Positions 1-10,917 of a stretch of DNA of 58,546 nt are shown here, piece after piece; position 1 is the first letter of the stretch; each line of letters starts with the position of its first letter. A program made the translations under genes and the position numbers. The notes under the pieces were generated by a model that ran no database searches, was not told where the DNA came from, and saw only the letters and a program-made list of their open reading frames with translations. The stretch is taken from contig JAAYTY010000056.1 of the NCBI GenBank assembly GCA_012523605.1, positions 1 to 58,546 on the forward strand, read 5' to 3'. Source of the stretch: Candidatus Fermentibacterota bacterium. GTDB lineage: Bacteria > Fermentibacterota > Fermentibacteria > Fermentibacterales > Fermentibacteraceae.

Positions 1-2
1 TC

Positions 3-737
3 TTCCTCTCGATCGCGCCGGGCGCGGGGCTCACCTGCGCCCAGGTCACGGTTCTTACGACGATGATGCTTGTCGCCCATTCCCTCCCGGTGGAGCTGGG
101 CGTCGCCCGACAGGCCGGAGCGCGGGTGAGATTCATGGCGCCCTGGAGGATTCTGGGCGCCCTGGCCCTGGGCGCGGCGCTAAACCTTGTCTATTCGGCC
201 GGAGGGTTCCTGCAGCAGCCCGCGGGGATACTCTGGCAGGCTCCGGCGCCGCAGGCGGGTCTGGGCGCCTGGGCGCTCTCTCAGGCACGCAATCTGGCGA
301 TGATTTTCGCGGCCGTCACAATTCTGATGGCCCTGCTGAGGATACTGGACAAAAGCGGGATCACATCGGTACTCAACAGGCTTCTGAGACCCGTGCTCGC
401 TTCGATGGGGATCGGTCCCGCCGCATCCACCATCACGATCCTGGGAATGGTTCTCGGGCTGTCCTACGGGGGAGGGCTCATCATCAGAGGCGCGCGATCG
501 GGCGAGATACCCCCGCGAGACGTCTTCTTCTCGCTTTCATTGATGGGGCTCTCGCACAGCGTCGTCGAGGATTCCCTCCTGATGCTCTCCCTCGGCGCGA
601 GCATCACCGGAGTCCTGGTGGCGCGGGTGGCCTTCACCTGGCTGGTGCTTTCACTTCTTGTCGTCATCGTGAAGAGGGCGGGAGACACGGCTTTCCATCG
701 CTGTCTCTACAGGACGGTATCCTCAGACAGAGCGTGA
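3..737 (+). CDS. Nucleoside-recognition (Gate) domain membrane protein, 5'-partial
   Basis: The reading frame stays open back to nt 3 (FLSIAPGAGLTCAQVTVLTTMM...). The product is a multi-TM hydrophobic protein with a Gate-domain-like stretch (ITILGMVLGLSYGGGLII). Its 3' end overlaps the convergent flavoprotein gene by 15 nt. Confidence 0.55.
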   Translation, partial: FLSIAPGAGLTCAQVTVLTTMMLVAHSLPVELGVARQAGARVRFMAPWRILGALALGAALNLVYSAGGFLQQPAGILWQAPAPQAGLGAWALSQARNLAMIFAAVTILMALLRILDKSGITSVLNRLLRPVLASMGIGPAASTITILGMVLGLSYGGGLIIRGARSGEIPPRDVFFSLSLMGLSHSVVEDSLLMLSLGASITGVLVARVAFTWLVLSLLVVIVKRAGDTAFHRCLYRTVSSDRA

Positions 738-1322
738 CGACGCTTTCCCGGCCTGATTCCGACGCTTTCCCGAGACCAGCGACCCGCCCTGCCGGAAGGC
801 CTCGTCCATCAGCTCCGGTCTGCCTTCGAGGTCCGACGGCTCACCGATGCCGGCGGCCGGGATGCGCCCCGCGGGATGCAGGCCCAACATGTCGAGCGCC
901 TTCTCCAGCATGTCGAAGGACCCCGTGAACAGACCAGGGTCGGCCGCGCCCTGGGTGTAGATGGTGAGCAGTGGCATTCCCTTTCCCAGGCGGGAGCGGA
1001 AGCCCTGGCCTATCAACGCGAACAGCCTGTCGACGAAGGCTTTGGTCTGCGAGGAGGGGCCGTACATGTACACGGGCGTGCCCAGCACGAGGGCCGAGGA
1101 GCTTCTCAGGGCTTCGTATATGTCCTGCATTCCGTCCTTCTGTATGCATTTCCCGCTGTTCCGGCAGGCATAACAGGCCAGGCAGCCCTTCACGTCCATG
1201 GATCCCAGCCTGAAGAACGCTGTTTCGGCCCCGCGCGAGGCGGCGCCTTCGAGCGCTCTCGAAACAAGCATGCCCGAACTGCTGCACGATCGAGGGCTGC
1301 CGCAGATGCCGGTGACCTTCAT
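723..1322 (-). CDS. Iron-sulfur flavoprotein / NADPH-dependent FMN reductase family
   Basis: It starts with a flavodoxin-like N-terminus (MKVTGICGSPR) and has the compact CxxCxxCx5C motif (CLACYACRNSGKC) typical of Isf proteins. A perfect AGGAGG sits 5 nt upstream of the ATG at 1322. Confidence 0.7.
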   Translation of the reverse strand: MKVTGICGSPRSCSSSGMLVSRALEGAASRGAETAFFRLGSMDVKGCLACYACRNSGKCIQKDGMQDIYEALRSSSALVLGTPVYMYGPSSQTKAFVDRLFALIGQGFRSRLGKGMPLLTIYTQGAADPGLFTGSFDMLEKALDMLGLHPAGRIPAAGIGEPSDLEGRPELMDEAFRQGGSLVSGKRRNQAGKASSRSV

Positions 1323-1380
1323 CTCATCCTCCTGTTCCGCTGAATCTCCTGTCCGATGTGGAACCGCGTCCCCCGCGGAA

Positions 1381-2667
1381 TCAGCCCTCCGCGGCTCTCC
1401 TTCCGGAAAGATGCCTGCTCACCAGGAACACCACCGCGATGGATCCCATGCTCAGCGAGACGGCCGTGGCGATCGAGGCTCCGAGCGCTCCGTAGCGGGG
1501 AATGAGGATAGCATTCAGCGCGACGTTCACCAGCGCGGTCACGATGACCGACTGCAGGGAGTATCCGGGCCTTCCCACTCCGGCGCCAGTGGCGGAGAAG
1601 AGGCTTCCGGGCGGCCTCACGAGGCTGGCGAGGAGCAGGGCCGTCAGAACCGGCCAGCCGTAGTCGTACCTGCCGTCGAAGAGCAGATGGAGAATCGGCT
1701 TCGCGAACACGACCGACAGCAGGACGAACGGCAGGAGTACGACCTCTATGATCAGCACCCCCTGCCATGTTCTCCTCAGGATGCCGCCCCTCCCCTGCGA
1801 GCTCATTCTCGACGCAAGGGGTATAAGGACGATATTGGCGGCGCTGTTGAGCACCATCGCGAAGGCGGCCATGCTCCTGCAGACGCCGTAGGCCGCCGTC
1901 TCCCCCTCGGGGGCCATCTTCCCCAGCATCAGGATGTCGGTCCAGGAATAGACGAAACTCGCGATCGTAGTTCCCAGAGTCACCAGGGAATACGACATGA
2001 CCTGCCTCACCCGGGCCAGGTTCGTGCCCGCGCCGGCAGCGGCGAACCTTCCCCCCAGAGCCCAGAGGATGACGAGGCACACGAGGCTGGATGCGGCCTG
2101 CGCGGCGAAGATCTGGTGCGGGGAGGACAGCCTGCGTTCGAGCGCGAGCCATCCTATCGTACCCGCCCTCACCGCGAAGGATGCGAGATCGCCCCACATA
2201 ACCGTCCGGGTCCTGTGGGCCGCAAGCAGGGCGTTCTTCGGTATTCCGCAGAGCCCTTCGAGAAGGACAACGAGGGCGAGCACGGGGGGGAGGCTCTCAA
2301 GCTCCAGGCCGGCGTAGAAGGACTCGATCAGAGGCCCTCCGGCAAGGATCAGCAGTGCCCCGGCAACGGAAAGCACAGCGGTCATCAGGGAGGCCGCGTT
2401 GAGGAGCTCCTTCTCGCGGCTGCCGCTTCCCTCGGCCGCGAATTTCAGAAGGGCCTGGAGGACGAATCCGCCGCCCAAGAGGGCGGCGAAGAACTCGATG
2501 CTCCTGGCGACGGAATAGGCCGCGTAGGCCTCCTTCGGGATGATCCTGGCCACGAGGATCACCACGACACCCCATGCAGCCACCGCGGCCTGGCTGACGA
2601 GGGCGGGAAGACCTATCGATGCGATCCTGCCCCGAGCCCCCAGGATCTCCCCGAGCAGTTTCGACAC
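1381..2667 (-). CDS. MOP-superfamily polysaccharide flippase (Wzx-like)
   Basis: A 428-aa polytopic membrane protein with a polysaccharide-biosynthesis-protein-like sequence (IPRYGALGASIATAVS...). It has a GTG start and sits in a glycan locus. Confidence 0.7.
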   Translation of the reverse strand: MSKLLGEILGARGRIASIGLPALVSQAAVAAWGVVVILVARIIPKEAYAAYSVARSIEFFAALLGGGFVLQALLKFAAEGSGSREKELLNAASLMTAVLSVAGALLILAGGPLIESFYAGLELESLPPVLALVVLLEGLCGIPKNALLAAHRTRTVMWGDLASFAVRAGTIGWLALERRLSSPHQIFAAQAASSLVCLVILWALGGRFAAAGAGTNLARVRQVMSYSLVTLGTTIASFVYSWTDILMLGKMAPEGETAAYGVCRSMAAFAMVLNSAANIVLIPLASRMSSQGRGGILRRTWQGVLIIEVVLLPFVLLSVVFAKPILHLLFDGRYDYGWPVLTALLLASLVRPPGSLFSATGAGVGRPGYSLQSVIVTALVNVALNAILIPRYGALGASIATAVSLSMGSIAVVFLVSRHLSGRRAAEG

Positions 2668-2677
2668 CGGGTCTTGC

Positions 2678-3925
2678 CTAGCCCTGACCGTGTCCTGCGG
2701 ACCCGGTTCGGCTCCTCCGAGGCATCTGTGTACTGACGCTCTCCCAGACTTCGCGCCAGAACCGCCCGGATACCGGATCCCGCATCAGCCTGCGGAAGTA
2801 GGTCACGACCATCATCCAAAGGCATCCGAGCGCGAAGGCGGCGAGCGTCATCTTGATCACGAGAAGCGCCCTCTTCGGAGTGGTCCTGAGCTTGGCGGGC
2901 ACCGGGGGCTCGATCATCTCCAGCGTCGGGCTGTCCCTCGCCTCTTCGAGACGCAGGGACTCGAGCTGCTGGCGCAGCATCAGCACGACCATCCGCCGCA
3001 TCTCGACTTCCATGTAGAGACCGTCGTACCGCATCATCAGATCGGGGAGACTGTCGTAGGCGGGCAGGACGGTCAGACTGTCGCTGCCTGCGAGCCTAGC
3101 CTCCATCGCTCTTTCGAGAAGTGAGACTCTGGCGGCCGCCTCCCTGTAGGCGGGGCTTCCGGGAGACAGCGAGGCCGCAGCGCCCGACAGCTCGGACCGG
3201 GCCACTATCATCTCCGACTCGATGGTCCCGAGAATGGACACCATGCTGTTGCCCTGCTCCTCCGGGAAGAGGAGGCCGGTTTCGTCCCTGAAGTCCCTGA
3301 GCCTCGCCTGGGCGGCATGCAGGGAGTCCAGGGCGACCACCAGGAGGTTCTCCGCCTCGATCCTTGCCCTTCTCGCCCTGCTCGTGACCAGCGTGGAGAG
3401 ATCCTCGTTGGCGAACTCGACGATGTCCCTCGCCATCTCGGCGGCTTCCTCGCGTGTCTCGCCCTGCGCGGTGATCTCGATGAATCCCTGCTGTGTCAGC
3501 GTCACTCTGGTGCGCTTCATGAGCTTCCTCAGCGCGTCCTGCATCGTGGGTACCCGGTAGCGCCTCATCAGGTCGTACTCCAGGATGACCCTCTCCATCA
3601 CCGGCCTGGAGGAAATGACCCTCTGCACCACGTCGATGTCGAAGCCGCCGGGCATGCCGATCTGCCCCCCCAGGCCCGATGCCAGACCGCCGAGGGCGCC
3701 CAGGCCCTCGGGCAGGAAACTGCCCGCGAGGGAGGCCAGACCCTCCATCTGGGTGCCGGTGGGAATAATCACGACAGCCGTTGCGGAATACCTGGGCTTC
3801 GCGAAGAGCGACCAGACAGCAGTGAAGACGGCCACGGCGAGGCAGAAGAGAACGATCCTCCTGGCGTTGGCCGCGATAGTCCTTATCGTTTCTCCTGCAA
3901 GCCCTTCCAGTATCTGCGAAGGCAT
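2678..3925 (-). CDS. Wzz/GumC-like polysaccharide chain-length determinant (no kinase domain)
   Basis: The internal ATG at 3925 (MPSQILEG...) lies 5 nt after the upstream stop. The protein has an N-terminal TM, a long coiled periplasmic region and a C-terminal TM (LAAFALGCLWMMVVTYF). The 606-aa track ORF upstream of this ATG overlaps the Wza-like gene out of frame. Confidence 0.65.
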   Translation of the reverse strand: MPSQILEGLAGETIRTIAANARRIVLFCLAVAVFTAVWSLFAKPRYSATAVVIIPTGTQMEGLASLAGSFLPEGLGALGGLASGLGGQIGMPGGFDIDVVQRVISSRPVMERVILEYDLMRRYRVPTMQDALRKLMKRTRVTLTQQGFIEITAQGETREEAAEMARDIVEFANEDLSTLVTSRARRARIEAENLLVVALDSLHAAQARLRDFRDETGLLFPEEQGNSMVSILGTIESEMIVARSELSGAAASLSPGSPAYREAAARVSLLERAMEARLAGSDSLTVLPAYDSLPDLMMRYDGLYMEVEMRRMVVLMLRQQLESLRLEEARDSPTLEMIEPPVPAKLRTTPKRALLVIKMTLAAFALGCLWMMVVTYFRRLMRDPVSGRFWREVWESVSTQMPRRSRTGSAGHGQG

Positions 3926-3930
3926 CGCGA

Positions 3931-5094
3931 TCACCTCGTGAGGCTGCTCACGAGGGCAGCCAGACTGACTATCGCGCTGAACAGGGAGATCGCTTCCGCG
4001 TTCCTGTGCAGCCAGGTGTATGGCACTTCGATCACATCGCCCGGCTGGGGCTTCATCCCCCAGGCATCCTCGCCATCGGCGAGAGGGGTCCCCTGCCTGG
4101 AGAGGGTCACCCTGTCGATGTCGCCACCTACCGTAAGACCCCCGGCGAGAGCGATGTAGTCGAGCAGTGTGAAGGAAGACCTCCAGGCGATCGACGCCGG
4201 GTAGTTCACCGCACCGCCCACATGCACGGAATTCTCGACCCCGGTGAAGAGGAGGGTGTCCCCAGCCTGCACTTCGAGTTCGGCGAGACCGCCGGCCGTC
4301 CAGAGCGGGTGCGATTCGCCGCCCCTTCTGAGCTCCGACCGGGACAGGTCTATGTTCCCTCCGGAGCCCCCGGTTGTCTCCAGAAAGTACTCGAGGGGAA
4401 CGGGGCGGGGAACGTCCCAGGCGTACATCGCGGCAATCGGAGGGAGCGTCCTGTCTGTCGTCTCGGGCGGGCGGACGACGAACACAGGATAGGTGCAAGC
4501 ATCGAAGACGACCGTGGCGCCTTCCGCGACGAGCGGATCGGCCGCCGGGGCGTGGGTCGCCGGGTCCAGCATGAGATCAACCCTTGCCGAGTCGCCGCCG
4601 GAATACATCCACCCGGTGTGCGAGGCGAAGGAGGTGAGCCCCCCGCAGAGGTCCACGAGGTCGGAGACACGCTGAAGGGCATACATGGTGTAAGTGCCTG
4701 GGCGTTCGACCATCCCGGCCGCCCTCACCCGCACCAGCCTGGGCTGGAGCAGGGAGAGATGAGCGGGCGATCCCGGGAAGAAGCGCCGGGAAAGGGCTTC
4801 CAGTGTCGCAGCCGCCTCGTCTATCGAGAGGCCGGCGACTTCGAGCTGGCCGATTCCGGACACGCTCACGCATCCGTCGCTGCCCACCGTGCAGATGGAC
4901 TGCGGCATCAGCCCCGCAGTCAGGGAAGACATGCTCGTGCCCCCCTCGATGACGACCACGAGCACGTCGCCGGCGCCGAGGATGTACTCCGACCTGTCGG
5001 CCGGTTCCATGGCGATCCCGAGCTGCTCGAGCTCGAGCTGCTGAGGAGACGGCACCTCGGTGCCTGCCAGCAGGCATGCAAGGATCAACAGCAT
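3931..5094 (-). CDS. Polysaccharide export protein (Wza-like, SLBB domains)
   Basis: It has a signal-like start ([11 protein letters not shown]) and motifs such as [29 protein letters not shown] and PGDVIEVP that are typical of Poly_export/SLBB proteins. Confidence 0.65.
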   Translation of the reverse strand: MLLILACLLAGTEVPSPQQLELEQLGIAMEPADRSEYILGAGDVLVVVIEGGTSMSSLTAGLMPQSICTVGSDGCVSVSGIGQLEVAGLSIDEAAATLEALSRRFFPGSPAHLSLLQPRLVRVRAAGMVERPGTYTMYALQRVSDLVDLCGGLTSFASHTGWMYSGGDSARVDLMLDPATHAPAADPLVAEGATVVFDACTYPVFVVRPPETTDRTLPPIAAMYAWDVPRPVPLEYFLETTGGSGGNIDLSRSELRRGGESHPLWTAGGLAELEVQAGDTLLFTGVENSVHVGGAVNYPASIAWRSSFTLLDYIALAGGLTVGGDIDRVTLSRQGTPLADGEDAWGMKPQPGDVIEVPYTWLHRNAEAISLFSAIVSLAALVSSLTR

Positions 5095-6020
5095 ATCTTC
5101 TCCCTGAAATACTCGATGGTCCGCCCGAGCCCCTTCTCGAGCGGCACGACGGGCTCCCACCCCAGTTCCCTGCGCGCCATCGTGATGTCCGGGCGCCTTA
5201 TCTTGGGATCGTCCATCGGAAGGTCGCGGTGCACTATCCCGGCACGGCTTCCGATGATCTCCGAGATCACCTCCGCGAACCGGAGGACGGTCATCTCGTC
5301 GGGGTTGCCGATGTTGACGGGGCCCGGGCAGTCGCTCTCCATGAGCCGGACGAGCCCGGCAACGGTGTCGGAGACGTAGCAGAAGCTCCTCGTCTGGCTT
5401 CCGTCACCGAAGACGGTAATCGGTTCTCCCCTCAGAGCCTGGTTGATGAAGGTCGGGACGACACGCCCGTCGTCGGCCCTCATCCGCGGCCCGTAGGTGT
5501 TGAAGATGCGGGCGACGCGGGTCTTCATGCCGTGGTATCTCATGTAGGCGAAGACCATAGCCTCCGCGACCCTCTTCGCCTCGTCGTACACGCCCCTGGG
5601 CCCTACCGGGTTCACGTTGCCCCAGTAGGTTTCGGGCTGGGGATGGACCAGCGGGTCACCGTACACCTCGCTCGTGGAGGCCAGGAGGAATCCGGCCCCC
5701 TTCTCCCTGGCCAGACCCAGGGCTTTGTGCGTTCCCAGCGCACCGACCTTCAGGGTCTGTATGGGATATGTCATGTAGTCCACCGGGCTGGCCGGCGAGG
5801 CCAGGTGCATGACGAAGTCCACCCTGCCGCCTATGAAGATGTACTCCGTGACGTCATGCCTGATGAATCTGAACCGGGGGTTCCCCGCGAGATGGGCGAT
5901 GTTGTCCGTGCTGCCAGTGATCAGGTTGTCGAGAGCGATCACCTCGTGCCCGGCCGCCAGAAGCGCGTCGCAGAGGTGGCTCCCGATGAACCCGGCTCCT
6001 CCGGTGACGAGTATCCTCAT
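5085..6020 (-). CDS. uxs: UDP-glucuronate decarboxylase (UDP-xylose synthase), SDR family
   Basis: Motifs seen: [26 protein letters not shown] and YDEAKR. The ATG overlaps the rfbB stop (ATGA at 6017-6020). Confidence 0.75.
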   Translation of the reverse strand: MRILVTGGAGFIGSHLCDALLAAGHEVIALDNLITGSTDNIAHLAGNPRFRFIRHDVTEYIFIGGRVDFVMHLASPASPVDYMTYPIQTLKVGALGTHKALGLAREKGAGFLLASTSEVYGDPLVHPQPETYWGNVNPVGPRGVYDEAKRVAEAMVFAYMRYHGMKTRVARIFNTYGPRMRADDGRVVPTFINQALRGEPITVFGDGSQTRSFCYVSDTVAGLVRLMESDCPGPVNIGNPDEMTVLRFAEVISEIIGSRAGIVHRDLPMDDPKIRRPDITMARRELGWEPVVPLEKGLGRTIEYFREKICC

Positions 6021-7045
6021 CTTCCCCGCTCCCTGGATTCCCTGAGCCGCTCGGAGTACATCGCCATGTAGTACTCGCGGAATCTCCCGCTCTTTATCTC
6101 GCGCCACCACGGCTCGTTCGCCCTGTACCATTCGACTGTAGCGGCAAGGCCCTCCTCGAAGTCCGTGCAGGCCCTCCAACCGAGCTCCGCCTCCGCCCGG
6201 GAGACGTCGAGGGCATACCTCCTGTCGTGCCCGGGGCGGTCGGATATGCGGCGCACCAGCGAGCGGTCCGCCCCTGTCAGCTCGAGGATGGCCTCGGTCA
6301 CCTCGAGGTTCGTCCGCTCCTGGCCGGAGCCGATGTTGTAGATGGAACCTGGCCTTCCTTTCTCGAGCACGCGGGCGATGGCCCTGCAGTGATCCTCCAC
6401 GTAGAGCCAGTCGCGCCGGTTGAGCCCGTCGCCGTAGACCGGCAGCTCGAGCCCTTCGAAGGCGTTCGTCACGAACAGGGGAATCAGCTTCTCCGGATAC
6501 TGCCACGGGCCGTAGTTGTTCGATGCCCGGGTGACCACCACGGGCACGCCCCAGGTGTGGAAGAAGCTCATAGCGAGCAGCTCGCCGCCTGCCTTGGATG
6601 CGGAGTAGGGACTCCGGGGCCTGAGCGGATCGTCCTCGCGGGAGTATCCGCTCTCGACGCTTCCATAGACCTCGTCGGTGGAGATCTGTACGAACATCCG
6701 GCCGCCGATGCGCCTGAACTCTTCGAGGAGGACCCTCACTCCCTCGATGTCTGTTCTCACGAAGTCGGACGGGGCCTGGATCGAACGGTCCACATGGGTC
6801 TCGGCGGCGAAGTTGACCACCAGCCCGGCCCCTTCCATCGCCTCGGATACGGCCGCCGGGTCGCATATGTCGCCGTGGATGAACCGCACGGCTCCGGATG
6901 CCTCCAGCGCGGAGAGATTCTCCCTCCTCCCGGCATAGGTCAGCTTGTCCAGGACGGTGACGGTCCAGTCCGGTTTCTCCCGGGAGACGAAGTGAACGAA
7001 GTTCGTCCCGATGAACCCCGCGCCCCCCGTTACGAGGATCTTCAT
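6017..7045 (-). CDS. rfbB: dTDP-glucose 4,6-dehydratase
   Basis: Motifs seen: [32 protein letters not shown] and a [10 protein letters not shown]-like region. There is an ATGA overlap with the rfbA stop at 7042-7045. Confidence 0.8.
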   Translation of the reverse strand: MKILVTGGAGFIGTNFVHFVSREKPDWTVTVLDKLTYAGRRENLSALEASGAVRFIHGDICDPAAVSEAMEGAGLVVNFAAETHVDRSIQAPSDFVRTDIEGVRVLLEEFRRIGGRMFVQISTDEVYGSVESGYSREDDPLRPRSPYSASKAGGELLAMSFFHTWGVPVVVTRASNNYGPWQYPEKLIPLFVTNAFEGLELPVYGDGLNRRDWLYVEDHCRAIARVLEKGRPGSIYNIGSGQERTNLEVTEAILELTGADRSLVRRISDRPGHDRRYALDVSRAEAELGWRACTDFEEGLAATVEWYRANEPWWREIKSGRFREYYMAMYSERLRESRERGR

Positions 7046-7779
7046 CCGGCGCCGCCGCTCCGCCGCATCCGGGCAGCCTTTATATTCGTCTCCAGATAGC
7101 CGTCGATGCTGGATCCGGCATCGGACCACCATCCCTCCAGGATGTCCGCATACAGCCGGCCCGCCGCCAGATAGGCGTTGTTGAGATCAGTGACCTCCAG
7201 CTCCCCCCTGCCCGACGGCTTCAGGGTGTCTATGTACTCGAAGGCCGCCGAGTCATACATGTACAGGCCGATGACGGCCAGGGAACTGCGTGGTTCCGCC
7301 GGCTTCTCCTCGATGGAGACGACCTTCCCGTCGCGGACTTCGGCCACTCCATAGTCCCTGGGATTCGGAACCTCCTTCAGCAGGATCCTCGCACCGGACT
7401 CCTGGGCGGCGAACGCCTCAACATAAGGCCGGATGCTCCGCTGGATCAGATTGTCGCCGAGCATGACCACGAACCTGTCATGGCCCACGAACGCGCGGGT
7501 GAGACCGATGGCCTGGGCGATGCCGCCCTCCTTCACCTGATAGGCGTAGTTGAGGGTTGTCAGCCCGAACTGGGAACCGTCTCCCAGGAGCCTCAGGAAG
7601 TCCCCCGCACTGCCGCCCCCGGTGACCAGCATGACGTCCCTTATGCCGGCCTCGGCCAGGGTCTCGATGGGATAGAAGATCATCGGCCTGTCGTAAACCG
7701 GCAGCAGGTGCTTGTTGGTGATGTTCGTGAGGGGGCGGAGTCTCGAGCCCAGCCCTCCCGCGAGAATGACACCCTTCAT
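7042..7779 (-). CDS. rfbA: Glucose-1-phosphate thymidylyl/nucleotidyltransferase (short form)
   Basis: It carries the nucleotidyltransferase signature [24 protein letters not shown]. The internal ATG is at 7779. Confidence 0.75.
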   Translation of the reverse strand: MKGVILAGGLGSRLRPLTNITNKHLLPVYDRPMIFYPIETLAEAGIRDVMLVTGGGSAGDFLRLLGDGSQFGLTTLNYAYQVKEGGIAQAIGLTRAFVGHDRFVVMLGDNLIQRSIRPYVEAFAAQESGARILLKEVPNPRDYGVAEVRDGKVVSIEEKPAEPRSSLAVIGLYMYDSAAFEYIDTLKPSGRGELEVTDLNNAYLAAGRLYADILEGWWSDAGSSIDGYLETNIKAARMRRSGGAG

Positions 7780-7801
7780 TCCAGAGCCCCCGTTCAGCGG
7801 T

Positions 7802-9976
7802 CTAGCGCACGACAGCCAGCTTGAGCAGGAGGGTCTGGTCGGCAAGCCCGGCCTCTACGATGTAGATTCCGCTGGCGACCGGCTCTCCCCCGGCGTCGAG
7901 GCCGTTCCAGGCCAGATCGTCCCGACCCGGCAGGGCCGACTCATAAACAAGCCCGCCCGTAAGGTCAAACACCCGGAATGTGAAGGGCTCGTCGGGAATG
8001 CCGGCCAGGCCCAGAACCTCTCCCCGGCCGGGGAGGAAGGGATTGGGATAGAGGAAAGCTCTCGAACCGTCTCCTGCGGTTCCCTGTCCCAGGGAGAGCC
8101 GCCAGAGCCCGTTGTCCGACGTTGCTGCATAGACCGCCCCCTCGCCGGGATCGGCCGACAGCCCTGTCACGGAAAGGCTCAGGAGTGGGCTGTTCACGGG
8201 AGTGTATGTCTCGATCGTCCCGTTCCAGGCGATTCGGTAAAGGCCGTCGGAGCTCGCGGCCCATACTCCGCCCAGATGGTCCTCGCACAGGGAGGACACT
8301 GTGCCTGTCACTCCGGTCACCGGCGCAGGCTGGACTCCCGGGCCCTCTATCACCGCCATTCCGGAGGTGGTCCCGATGTAGAGGCGTCCGCTCCGGGTTC
8401 GGAGCAGGGCCCGCACGTCGGCGGAAGGAAGTCCCTCGGATGCGCCATAGACCGCCTGCACTTCCCCGTCACCCGGCCCCAGGAGTGCGAGGCCCGATTC
8501 GGTGCCTGCCCAGGCGGTTCCGGCCCCGGCATCCTCCACGGCCCCGACCCGCCCGGACGGCAGACCGTCTCCGGCTGTCCATCCGCTCCAGGATGCGGAG
8601 ACCTGATCCCCCTCGGTCCATTCCAGCCTGGATACGCCGCTGGGTTCCTCGGGAGTCGCGAAGTAGGGCTCCATCCCGAACCACACCGTCCCGGAGGGAG
8701 AGGCGGATATGGACGTCACCTGGTCGTTGAGGAGGCCGCTGTTCCCCTTCGACCAGGAGAATCCCGAGTCGTCGGCCGTGTCGGGCGTCCCCGCCCAGTC
8801 CAGCCAGCCGAGACCATAGTGGTAGGGGGCCGCGAAGACGCTCCCGCCATCCAGGCATTCCAGCGCGAAGATCTGGTGGTCGTTCGGCAGACGGCCTTCG
8901 AAGGCGGTCCATCCGCCGTCGTGGAGCACGGCGATCCCCCTGTGGTTGGTGCTGACCCAGCAATCGCCGCCCGGGCCCGTGTCAACGGCCCTGAGGTCGT
9001 TGGCTTGCAGACCTTCCGGGCTCGATACTCCCCAGTAGCCGTTCCATCCGCAGGCGATTCCGTAACCGAAGTCCCTGGTCGAGGAGAGGTTCGTGTTGAG
9101 ACCAGCCAGGGCGACGCCTTCGGAGGGCATCACTAGGGCCCGGACCACCATCCCCGGCGGAACGGCCCACGAGGACCACGAGCCGTCCTGCCTGACCTCG
9201 ACACTGCCATTCTCGCCGGCGGCAAGGATTCCGCCGACGGCCGCAAGGCACAGAGGAGATGAGCCGGTATAGCCCGTGAGCCTCGTCCAGGAACCTCCGG
9301 GAGCCAGATAGTCCAGCCCGCTTTCGGTGGCCGCCCACAGGGTGTCACCCGACCTGCACATCCCACGCAGATTTCGGCCGAGCATTTCGGGATAAGTCAC
9401 CCAGGATTCGAGGTCCCCCGGGTACATCCCGCTCCTCAGAAGAGAGACGCCGGAGGCGGTTCCCACGAAAAGCCCGGAATCGCATGACACGAGCGCGGTC
9501 ACGTTGTTGCCGGGAAGCCCTCCTCCCGTGTTCTGCTGGGTCCAGACCTGGAAGTATCCGAAATCGCGTATCGCGAGCCCCTGTCTGGTGCCCGCGAAAA
9601 CGGACGTGTCGGGGAGCACGCAGCCTACCTGCTGGCCGATCGGCAGACCTTCGAGCTGTCCGAAGTGATAATGGTCGCCGTCGGGCTCCCAGGCGTCCAG
9701 CCCGCCCCCCCATGTGCCGATCCATAGGGTTCCGACGGTGTCGAACACCGCGGCCCTGACGTCGGAGTGCGGCAGCTCACCCGGATACGTCCAGACGGAG
9801 TCCCAGACGATCTGGGTGCCGGAGAGTGTTCCGAATGCGACTCCGCCCGAAGTCCCCGCGACGAGCAGGCTCTCCTTCAATGCGATCGCACCCACGCATC
9901 CCAGGTGCGTCCAGTGGGTCCACTGCTCCACCGTCGCAGCCTGAACTACCAGCGCCAGCGCCGCTCCCAGGATCAT
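7802..9976 (-). CDS. Secreted beta-propeller (Reg_prop-like repeats) protein with FlgD/T9SS-like C-terminal domain
   Basis: It begins with a signal peptide (MILGAALALVVQAA). At least 10 repeats of the form hWhGT..GL are present (LWIGTWGGGL, LFVGTASGVSLL, LWAATESGLDYL, AWAGTESGLALL, LYIGTTSGMAVI...). The C-terminus reads FRVFDLTGGLVYE...GIYIVEAG...KLAVVR. The start overlaps the upstream stop (ATGA 9973-9976). Confidence 0.65.
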   Translation of the reverse strand: MILGAALALVVQAATVEQWTHWTHLGCVGAIALKESLLVAGTSGGVAFGTLSGTQIVWDSVWTYPGELPHSDVRAAVFDTVGTLWIGTWGGGLDAWEPDGDHYHFGQLEGLPIGQQVGCVLPDTSVFAGTRQGLAIRDFGYFQVWTQQNTGGGLPGNNVTALVSCDSGLFVGTASGVSLLRSGMYPGDLESWVTYPEMLGRNLRGMCRSGDTLWAATESGLDYLAPGGSWTRLTGYTGSSPLCLAAVGGILAAGENGSVEVRQDGSWSSWAVPPGMVVRALVMPSEGVALAGLNTNLSSTRDFGYGIACGWNGYWGVSSPEGLQANDLRAVDTGPGGDCWVSTNHRGIAVLHDGGWTAFEGRLPNDHQIFALECLDGGSVFAAPYHYGLGWLDWAGTPDTADDSGFSWSKGNSGLLNDQVTSISASPSGTVWFGMEPYFATPEEPSGVSRLEWTEGDQVSASWSGWTAGDGLPSGRVGAVEDAGAGTAWAGTESGLALLGPGDGEVQAVYGASEGLPSADVRALLRTRSGRLYIGTTSGMAVIEGPGVQPAPVTGVTGTVSSLCEDHLGGVWAASSDGLYRIAWNGTIETYTPVNSPLLSLSVTGLSADPGEGAVYAATSDNGLWRLSLGQGTAGDGSRAFLYPNPFLPGRGEVLGLAGIPDEPFTFRVFDLTGGLVYESALPGRDDLAWNGLDAGGEPVASGIYIVEAGLADQTLLLKLAVVR

Positions 9977-10917
9977 CTGCTTCTCCTCCACCAGTCGTAG
10001 AGCCTCGAGAGGCCCTCGTGGAAGTCCACTACGGGCCTCCATCCCAGTTCCGCGAGCCTGGACGGATCGCCCACCTGGCTGGCGATGTCCGCCTGACGCA
10101 TGAGCCCCGGATCGGTCTCGATCTCGAGACGGACTCCCGAAATCCCGATGACGGCTTCGAGCACCTCGCCCATGGTCCTGCCACGCCCGCTCGCGACGTT
10201 GTAGACCTCGCCGGAGGCGCCTGCCGCGAGGATGGCCGAGTAGGCGGAGGCGACGTCGCTCACATAGGTGTAATCCCTGACGGCCGACAGGTTCCCCCCC
10301 TTCACCGATCCTGCTCCCGCTGCCGCCGCCTCGATGACCCTCCTGCAGAAGGAGGGAAGGGCGAAGTGCGGCGCCTGTCCCGGGCCGAAGTGGGGGAAGG
10401 GTCTGGCTATCACCGCGTCGAGCCCGGCGGAGCGGTGTGCCTGGAGCACGGCGATCTCGGCCGCGGCCTTGCTTCCGGCGTAGGGGCTCGCGGGGTTCGG
10501 CGGGCAGGATTCACGGATGGCACCCTCCACGGATCCGTACACATCGGCCGAACTCACGAAGAGCAGTCTCGCGGCGCTCGACGCTTCAAGGAGGGAGTCG
10601 ACCAGGCTGACCGTCCCCATGGCGTTCGCATGGTAGTAGTCGAGCGCGGCCCCGTGCGATCTGGCGACGGAGGTCATCGCCGCGAGATGCACGACGAAAG
10701 CGACATCCGCGAGATCGACAGGCGGAGGCGATGGAAGGGTCCAGGCTACCCTCGTGACTCCGTCGGGAACCGTGAAGTCCGTAGTCATGTCCGTGGCGAT
10801 GTCGCCGGGCCCCATCCTCAGCTCCTCCATGAGGAACCTCGCCACGAATCCGGCGGCTCCGGTGACGAGCACAGGGCCGTCGGCCAGTTCGAATCCCGAT
10901 GCCGTGACTCTCGGCAC
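9973..10917 (-). CDS. NAD-dependent epimerase/dehydratase (GDP-6-deoxy-hexose reductase-like)
   Basis: It has a Rossmann motif (VLVTGAAGFVA) and the SDR catalytic motif YAGSKAAAE. The GTG start abuts the murB stop. Confidence 0.6.
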   Translation of the reverse strand: MPRVTASGFELADGPVLVTGAAGFVARFLMEELRMGPGDIATDMTTDFTVPDGVTRVAWTLPSPPPVDLADVAFVVHLAAMTSVARSHGAALDYYHANAMGTVSLVDSLLEASSAARLLFVSSADVYGSVEGAIRESCPPNPASPYAGSKAAAEIAVLQAHRSAGLDAVIARPFPHFGPGQAPHFALPSFCRRVIEAAAAGAGSVKGGNLSAVRDYTYVSDVASAYSAILAAGASGEVYNVASGRGRTMGEVLEAVIGISGVRLEIETDPGLMRQADIASQVGDPSRLAELGWRPVVDFHEGLSRLYDWWRRSR

